From: Prorocentrum cordatum | Lineage: Eukaryota | Reading direction: 5' to 3' | DNA: 64,000 bases | Assembly: GCA_963575745.1 (NCBI GenBank) | Contig: CAUYUJ010000126.1 | Span: 124,001-188,000 of the forward strand | Shown here: positions 53,762 through 61,100 of the stretch, piece after piece | Layout of the letters: every line of letters starts with the position of its first letter | Numbering within the stretch: the stretch's first letter is position 1 | Notes under the pieces: model-generated | Database searches by the model: none | Told to the model about the DNA's origin: nothing | Seen by the model: only the letters and a program-made list of their open reading frames with translations | Position numbers and translations under genes: made by a program

Positions 53762-55382
53762 ATGGCCAGTGCACCCACGTTCTCTCAACGTCGCGCCCCG
53801 GCCTCGCAGAGTGCCGCGCAGAGTCGCTCAGTCGCAGCGCAGGGCCGCCGCGGCCCGATCACCGGGGAGATTGCGGTGTTTGCTGAGCCCGTTCCAGTGC
53901 ACTTCGATACCATCTCGTCGTTGTCAGTTGCATCTCTCGACTACACCCTGCTGGTGCGAGCTACCAAAACCCACGGCGTTTGGAAGACGAAGAACGGCGC
54001 GCACATTCGGGCCATCGAGGTGGAGGACGTCAGCCGCAAGGTGATCTTGAAGGAGTTCGGCGCGGTGCCGCGGGTGCTGAAGGGGTGCGCAGAGGGGGAC
54101 CTGCTCATAGTTCAGAACTTTGAGGTGCAGGAGTACGAGGGGGGGCTCAACTTGATTCCCTCTGTGGGCAGTGTCATTGCGAAGCTGCCGCCCAACGCGA
54201 TCGTCCCGAGCGCTGTGACGCCCTCGCAGCTGGACATTCAGCTGTCGACGGTGAAGGACATCCAGGGGGAGCCGAACGCGCTGCATTCTTTTGCGGGGAC
54301 GATCCGCGTCGCCGGCGACCCCATCACTGAGAAGCGGGCCTCCCTGGACGTCATGGTGGACGTCCAGTCTGGCGACGGGCGCCCGCCACAGGGCATCCGG
54401 CTTCGCCTGTGGGACGAGATGGTCGGGACATTCCAGAGGCTCGGGTGCAAAAAAGGATCCAGCATCTTGGTTCTGGACGGGAAGTCATGGGGTGGTGGCA
54501 TCCAGGCGTGGCCAGGAACGGCCCGCATTCGCGTGTTGCCCAGCGACGCTCCGCTCCCAAGCCCTGCCCCGCCTGCGACGCAGGCGCGCGCGGCGGCGCG
54601 CGGCCCGGGCGGGCAGGGTGGCCCCCCTCGCCCAGGCGCGCCGCCTGCGACGGAGCCAGCAGCCGCCGGCGGGACAAGCGGCGGCCTTGCAGCGCTCCAG
54701 CCTGCAGACTCAGCGCTGGGGGCTGACCCTGCGGCAGCGGCAATTGAGCGGCAGCTTGCGGCGGCGCAGCACCGGATGGCGTCGACTCGCGATCCCGCGG
54801 AGCTGCAGGAGCTCGTTGTGCAGGTGGGCGGTCTGTTACAGGAGTTTGCCGTCGTGTCTGCAACGTTGCCTGGGTCATTTTCTTTCAGAACGCCCCAGAC
54901 CTAGTTGTTCGTTAAGCGCTGTGACATTGCGCCCTTGGGGGCATATGTGTGGGGGGGGGGGGGCGCGTGCACTTTCGAGGGCACCAGGCCGAAACGATAA
55001 ACAGTAGAGACGAAGGGCTTCTGAGGGAGGGTGTGAGATTAGGCCGTCAGCTACTCAGTGGTCGTGGAAAGTCTGTATGCGATAAAGGTTTCAGTGATTG
55101 CCCCCGCAGGACCTCGACAAGCTCAAGGAGCAGGGCGTGAAAGGCTCGGCGGGGCCGGGAGCGGCGCCGCCAGAGGGGGCAAAGGCGGGCGACGCGGCGG
55201 GGCTGGGAGCGGGCGCGACAGAGGAAGCAGCGCGGTCGACTCCCGCGGATCCAGCGGGCGAGGGCGGCCTGGCGGCGGAGTCCGATGACGGCTCAGGGCA
55301 GAAGCCCGAGGACAATGATGATGATGACGATGACGGCCCTCCGAACAAGAGGCGGAAAGTCGACGGGGGATCGACGGCATGA
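53762..55382 (+). CDS. RPA70-like tandem OB-fold ssDNA-binding protein, join(53762..54823,55110..55382), ~444 aa, with coiled coil, acidic tail and NLS PPNKRRKV
   Basis: The pattern FDTISSL..YTLLVRAT..W...IEVED...VILKEF...EGDLLIVQNFEV..Y.G.LNL followed by TVKDI...AGTI...GIRLRLWD...ILVLDGKSWGG resembles RPA1 DBD-A/B. A phase-0 GT..AG intron (54824-55109) joins ELQELVVQ to DLDKLKEQ. Confidence 0.72.
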
Positions 55383-55666
55383 GCAAGTGAGGGTGAGCCG
55401 AGCAGCGCGTCGCTGCGTCCTCCAGCAGAAGGGCGCGCCGCACCTTAGAGGAGTAGAGGGGCGTCGCCTTTCTATTGTTAACGGGCGATTGGCGGCTCTC
55501 TGCGAGTCCGGGCAGGGTTTTCATTTCGTGCCGCAGTGTGGTTGCACCCGACCTGCGGGATTGCGCAGCATTGCTGCAACCAGTTACGCTTTTATTCATA
55601 GTCTGTCTGACCACATGATTTTGGGGTTTTGTCAATCATCGGAGAAATAACGCATGGGAGGGAAAC

Positions 55667-55950
55667 TCAGGGGGCAATCTGCGCCGAGGCCGAGACGGCT
55701 TGCATGTTTTGTACAAAAGGGGCGAACCCGAGCCCAACAAGCGGGTTCAAATGTCACGTCGGTTGTGGCAGCATTTTGAATGACCCCTCGCCCGAAGCGC
55801 CTTCGTATGGGAAGTCGCAGTGCCGCGCAGCCTCCGCCTCAATACCCCTTCCTGTTGCCATGGGCCACGCGCGTGGTGCAGAAGGGACCACCTAGGCCAC
55901 TGATCTAGGTCAAAGATGAGCACACGAGAGACCACGGCGCATGCAAAAGT
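55667..55950 (+). promoter_or_regulatory. Conserved intergenic element copy 2 (predicted pseudoknot 55720-55747)
   Basis: Clear nucleotide homology to copies 1 and 3. Confidence 0.55.
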
Positions 55951-56344
55951 GGAGTGGGCAGGGGAGATGGGAGACAAGGTGTGCGTGCAACAATTGTAAT
56001 GCTAATTGAAATAATGCTGATGTTGGAGAGGCGATCCGAAAGCATTGGTAACAATCCTGGGGCCATTCCGAATGGGCAGCCTCCCCATCTTGCCACGGTA
56101 AGGAAAGAATGTGAGACACCTCATTTGTATAAATGATTTCCGTTGGCTTCGAGAAGAGGGGGACGAGGGAGGGCCTGCCTGAGGCTGGCTCTCTGGGAAC
56201 TGCAACTTCAGCTCCTGGAACTCGCTTGCGGGTCTGCGCGGTTGCTCTTGGGCGCTTGTGGGGCCGCGTTGGATTGAATTGTCGCCATAGCCATGTGAGG
56301 CTCATTTGATAGCACGTGCAGCGCAGGCGTTCCCAGTGACTACC

Positions 56345-57146
56345 ATGAGTGGTAGCGAGCAGACGCCCGATGGTGGCATGGGGTTTCGCATACTTCTTGG
56401 GGAGCCCGTGGCGCCGCATGCGGGGCGGCCAGGTCGAAAAGCTGCAGCCAAGGTGTTGTGCAGCGCGATGCCCCAGGCATTCGTTTCGAAGGTATTGGCG
56501 CAATGTGATGGGCAAGTTCTTGCTGGGTTCAGTCGCGCGCCCCGCGGCACATTGCCGCGTGCCCCAGGGGGGGGGCGGGTGGGGCATGAGCAAACATCGA
56601 CGGTGGAGGGCCCGGATTCTACATGATTGAACAGTAAGTGGGAGGCAGGACTGACGCGCAGGAGCCTCGCGCGGGGCGGCGGACCTCCCACGGCGTGGGT
56701 TGGGGCAGATTTTCAGCAGCGGCGGCCTCGCTTGGCGAGTGCAGGGAGTACAACGACGGAGCGGAGTGGATAGCGTCCTTTGAAGCGACCGGGTCGGCCC
56801 GACCCAGTAGCATGCCGAGTGCAGCGAACGTTGCTGACGTGATTGCGGAGCTTGCGGCGTTACGAGGCAACGCTGGCACCGCTGAGTCCCGCCAAGAATT
56901 TGCGGATAACAGAGGCTGCGCCAATGAACGCCGCGACGCCACCCCCGCATGGATGTTCTGCTGCGGCGGAGCGGGTCTCAGGGGTTTGGAGCACAGCTTT
57001 TGGTAAGCATCAGACGTGCATTGCGCGTCGCAGCAGGAGCAGTTGATCTGAAGCCCAATTTGGTCATTCACTGGCCGGCGGTTCGAGGCATGCAGGCGCT
57101 ATCGCACACGCTGTCAGCCACGAAGAAGCGCCGTCGCAGCAGTTGA
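56345..57146 (+). pseudogene. Unknown gene 'A2', decayed paralogue of A1
   Basis: GFRILLGEPVAPHA aligns with GFRVHLKKPLPPNA, and VIAELAALRGNAGTAESRQEFAD with VIEALAALRGDGGSERSKRRFAD. It has a basic C-terminus TKKRRRSS*, with internal stops and frame changes. Confidence 0.5.
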
Positions 57147-57509
57147 CGTGCCGCCGCGTAGGCGGCGGCATTGTACATTTAGGAAGGAAAGGCGGAGGGT
57201 GAGAAACAGCATGCGGCGTGTGAGTGATCGTTCCACTCCTTGTGTCTCTGCCTCTGGTTCGCCGCTCACACCCGTGCCTCCCCTCTCGCGCGCGCCCCTC
57301 TGCGCGGCGGCGCCCCCGTCGCCCGCGCTGGCAGCGACGGCCCCGTCGCGGGCGCACTGGCCCCCGCACTCTTTCCCATCACTGCGACCTCTCCCACTCC
57401 ATGCTGCAACGAACTACGCTTTCCCCGCTCCTGGACCGTTCGCAACGCCACCCCCGTTACCCGCGTGTCGCCTGCGCGCCTCGCCACAGTCACCCCTCGG
57501 CCACGTTTA

Positions 57510-57777
57510 GCGCCGAGGCTGAGACTGCGTGCATGTTTTGTACAAAAGGGGCGAACCCGAGCCCAACAAGCGGGTCAAAGGTCACGTCGGTTGTGGCATC
57601 ATTTTTAATGATCCTTCGCCCGAAGCGCCTTCGCATGAGAAGTCGCAGCGCCGTTCAGCCTCTGCCTCGGTGTCCCTTCCTGTTGCCATGGGCCACGTGT
57701 GTGGCGCACAGGGGGCCACCTAGGCCACTGAGCTAGGTCAAAGATGAGCACAGGAGAGACCACGGCACATGGAAAAC
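57510..57777 (+). promoter_or_regulatory. Conserved intergenic element copy 3 (predicted pseudoknot 57549-57575)
   Basis: Clear nucleotide homology to copies 1 and 2. Confidence 0.55.
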
Positions 57778-58114
57778 CAGTCCGCAGGGGGCGCCAGTAG
57801 AAGACCACCATGCCTGGCCAGGGCCATGCCCCGAGGCCCAGCTCTCCCAAAAAATCAGCAGAGGCCACTTTGGTGCAACGTTGGAGCGAACATTCTGCGG
57901 TTCTTCGTAAGTGCGGCGCTAGCAGGAGGAGGGCGAGGAGGAGGAGGCGGAGAAAGATGAGGAGGAGGAGGAGGAACAGCAGCAGCAGCAGGACGAGGGG
58001 AGGGAGCAGGAGGAGGTGGGAGGAGTTGGCGACGACAACGCGCGCCGAGGCTCAAGCTAGCTGGTTGGCTGCCGCAGAGCCCAACTTCGGGTTGCGCCGT
58101 GGCCGGCGGGCGCC

Positions 58115-61100
58115 ATGGCTGCCGGTGCAGGCAGCAATGACGGAATCCACAAAGTGTCCCCTGCCCGGGGTTACGTGGCAACCCTTGCCCGGGGTTACGT
58201 GGCATCCCCTTTCCAGCTGGGGTTACGTGCTGAAGGCTACCCAATGCGGGAATTCACAAGTAAGTACCGTGAGCGCGACGTTTCTGGGGGCCTTGTGCCC
58301 CGTGGCGGCCTGCCTGGGGGCATTGTACCCGACGGTCAAGTGGGAGCGGACGAGCGAAACGGCAAGAAAGATGCAGCGGACGTGCGTGCTGCAAGGGGGA
58401 CATGGACAAGGGCTGAGACAAGCGGAGGCGAGTCCATGGTGGAGCGAAGCGAGGGGCATAGAACGATAGGGCGCTGGGAGTGGTGTTGCCGCGGGAGAAG
58501 GCGCAGCGCGGAGCGCGGATGTGCGGTGCGAAGAGGAGGGGCGCAGCCCGCGCGGAGTATCGATTCAGTCGTAGTGCATGGTCTTCATAGAAGTGGGAAG
58601 CGCTCGCAAATTTTGAAATTTGTCCATAGTCGTGCTGGTCCGGATTGTAATCGTCGCGTTGTTGTTGGCTGCCGCCGCTGTGGTGCTACAGTTCGTCGCG
58701 ATCGTGCCGCTCGCTGTGGGCTTGCTGTTGTCTTCCACTGCGGTGGCGGTGCAGGCCGCAGCAGGTGTCGAGATGGCGCTGGTGGTCGCAGTGATGAACG
58801 TCGGTGTGCTGGTCGGCGTGGTGGTGTTCGTAGCATGTGCGGCTGTGGACGTAGTTCTGGCATTGTTGCCACTCGCAGTCGTGGTGGCGCGGCTGTTGTT
58901 TGCAGGCGACATGGTGGCGCAGTCGTTCGCATTCGGTATGGCGGTAAGTGCTGCGGTCGTGTCGAGCAGGTCTGGGTTGCTGCCATCTGCCGTTGTCGGG
59001 GGTGCGTTGTTCGCTGCTTGTATAGTATTGGTGTTGGCCGCACTTGTTTGCGCGTTTGTGTTCGCCTTGACGTAGCAGCTGTTCATCGTCAAACAGGTGG
59101 CGGTGCTCGCGGTAGCTGTCGTGGAAATCATGATAGTCACAGTTGCTGTGGCGGAGTGTATTTACCCGGAGGCTACAAATCCCCCGCCGGTGGTCCCGCG
59201 CGCGCGGGAGGGCGTCGCTATCGAAGGTTTTTCAAAACGGCCCACGAGCGGCAGCGGGGCCTGAATGTCTCACTGGTGCGCGCTCGCGTGGGCGCGGGCG
59301 CAGTTGATTTACCCGCGGGCTACAAATTCCCCGCCCTGTGCACGCGCGCGCGCGGCTGCGGAGTCGCAGCGGAGCTCCTGGAGGATGCCCGGGGCAGTCG
59401 GACAGGGAAAGGCACGGCCGACTTGCGCGACGTGCGCTGTTGTTGCATCATCGTGAAATCGGCGTCGATGGGCGATGCTTGTGCGCAGCATGCGCGCGGG
59501 GGAATGGAATCTGAAGTTAGCGAGAAACGTCGTGTGACCCGCGAGCCTTGGAACAGAGGCTCGAATGGATGCGCCGAGTATTGTGCGGAGTGGACCATGG
59601 TAGGGTGCCACGGTCGCAGATTGTTAATTCGGAGTGCGTTGGCCCGTCTGCTGATGTGTGTTTCCGAGCGTCCTCCCCTCTGTTTGGATTGGAGGTCTTT
59701 CGTGTGTCCGTTCGTCCAGCTCGTGGACGGTGTTCATTTTCGTGCGGTTGTTGGGCACGGTGGTGATGCTGCTTTTGGTTTCCCCTGCGTGGATCAGAGC
59801 CCCGTGCTCGCAATTCTGCGCCTGTGCGCCATGTTGGGGTCCCGCGCTGCGCGTGATGGCTTTCGCAAATGGAGAGACGATGTCCACAGTGAAACATTGG
59901 AAGAGTGCGTTGCGTTGACGGAGAAGACGTTGCAAGGCGCCACGTTGGAGTGCGGACTGGATGGTTTCGGCTCTTGGGAGAGATTGGCACGCGCGTGGCC
60001 GCTTTTTCCGCCGGCCGCGGCGGAAGCCTCGGAAACTGGGCGTCGCGGTGAACCGGTAGCGACGCCCCCGCTGAAACGGTTGCAGAACCCGGAGAACTAT
60101 TGCTGGATCAACGCGGCATTACATGCTGTGTTGGCGCCGCGCATCGCGCGGGACGCGGTTCGGTCAGCCCCGTCGGCGCCTGCGAGACATTGGCATGCGG
60201 ATGTGGCGCGCCGCATGCGCTGTGGTGGTGCTTGTCAGAACACGGTACTGGTCGTGCAGACAATTTGCGTCACCACGTGCAACAGCGACGTGCTGTTGGG
60301 GATGCGTCCTTGGTGCACGTTTCAAGGCCTGGTCGATGAGACCACAAGTGCTTTGCGTTTCTCCAAGGAGCATCCCGTCCCAGTGATCCTCTTGTTGGAA
60401 GGTTGCCGTCCCGCAGCTGGATTGCGTGTCCCCCGCGCGCAACCCATTTCAGCGATCGCATTGTTGGATCCGCCTTGGGAGGAATTGTGTGCACGAGGCG
60501 CGCCCGATGTTGGAAGAGGCGATATCGCGCGTGGGGCACAGCGGCGGCGTTGGCCATGGCGGGCGTGGTTGGCGCGTGGTCGTGTTCATCCCTTGCTACG
60601 TGGAAGTCGTAGAAGGGCGAAACGCTCGCACATTTTTGAATTTGCGTTTTTGGGCATGGCACGCCTTGGGAAAAAGAACTGTTGGGGGAAGCGGCGTTCG
60701 TCAACACGGGGATCGTGCCAGACGCGGCAGCGTTCCTATTCTGTCTTGCGTGGAAGGCGCTGCAGGGGGAAATTCTCGCAAATTTTCAAATTCGCGTCGC
60801 CATCGTTTTCTAGGAGGAGCGGCGCGGGAACGGAGCGTTCCTTTTGTGATGTCTTACGCGTGTCCATGTTCTTAGGCCTGGCGCGGCCGGCCAATGTTAT
60901 GGTTGCGCGCCGACTGGGCGTCTTGCGATCTGACGTGCGGGCGCGGACAGTCGCGTGCGCTGGTGTGCATCCAGACAGGCGGTCCCCAGGAATGGGCGTG
61001 AACCGTAAAGACAGCACAACGCTCCCTGCTTGCTGGTCCAATGGCCGAGATGCACGTGCTGTTCTCGGGAAGACAACTCTCGGTGACTGGGTGCTGCAGG

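Noticed and set aside
52987..57777. Dicistrovirus IGR-IRES or frameshift-signal identity for the intergenic element
   Set aside because: ATTT and CAGCC-like words are present, but the ORFs begin 340-490 nt downstream (with an in-frame stop at 58058 before the giant ORF) and there is no slippery heptamer. It is kept only as an unassigned structured element.
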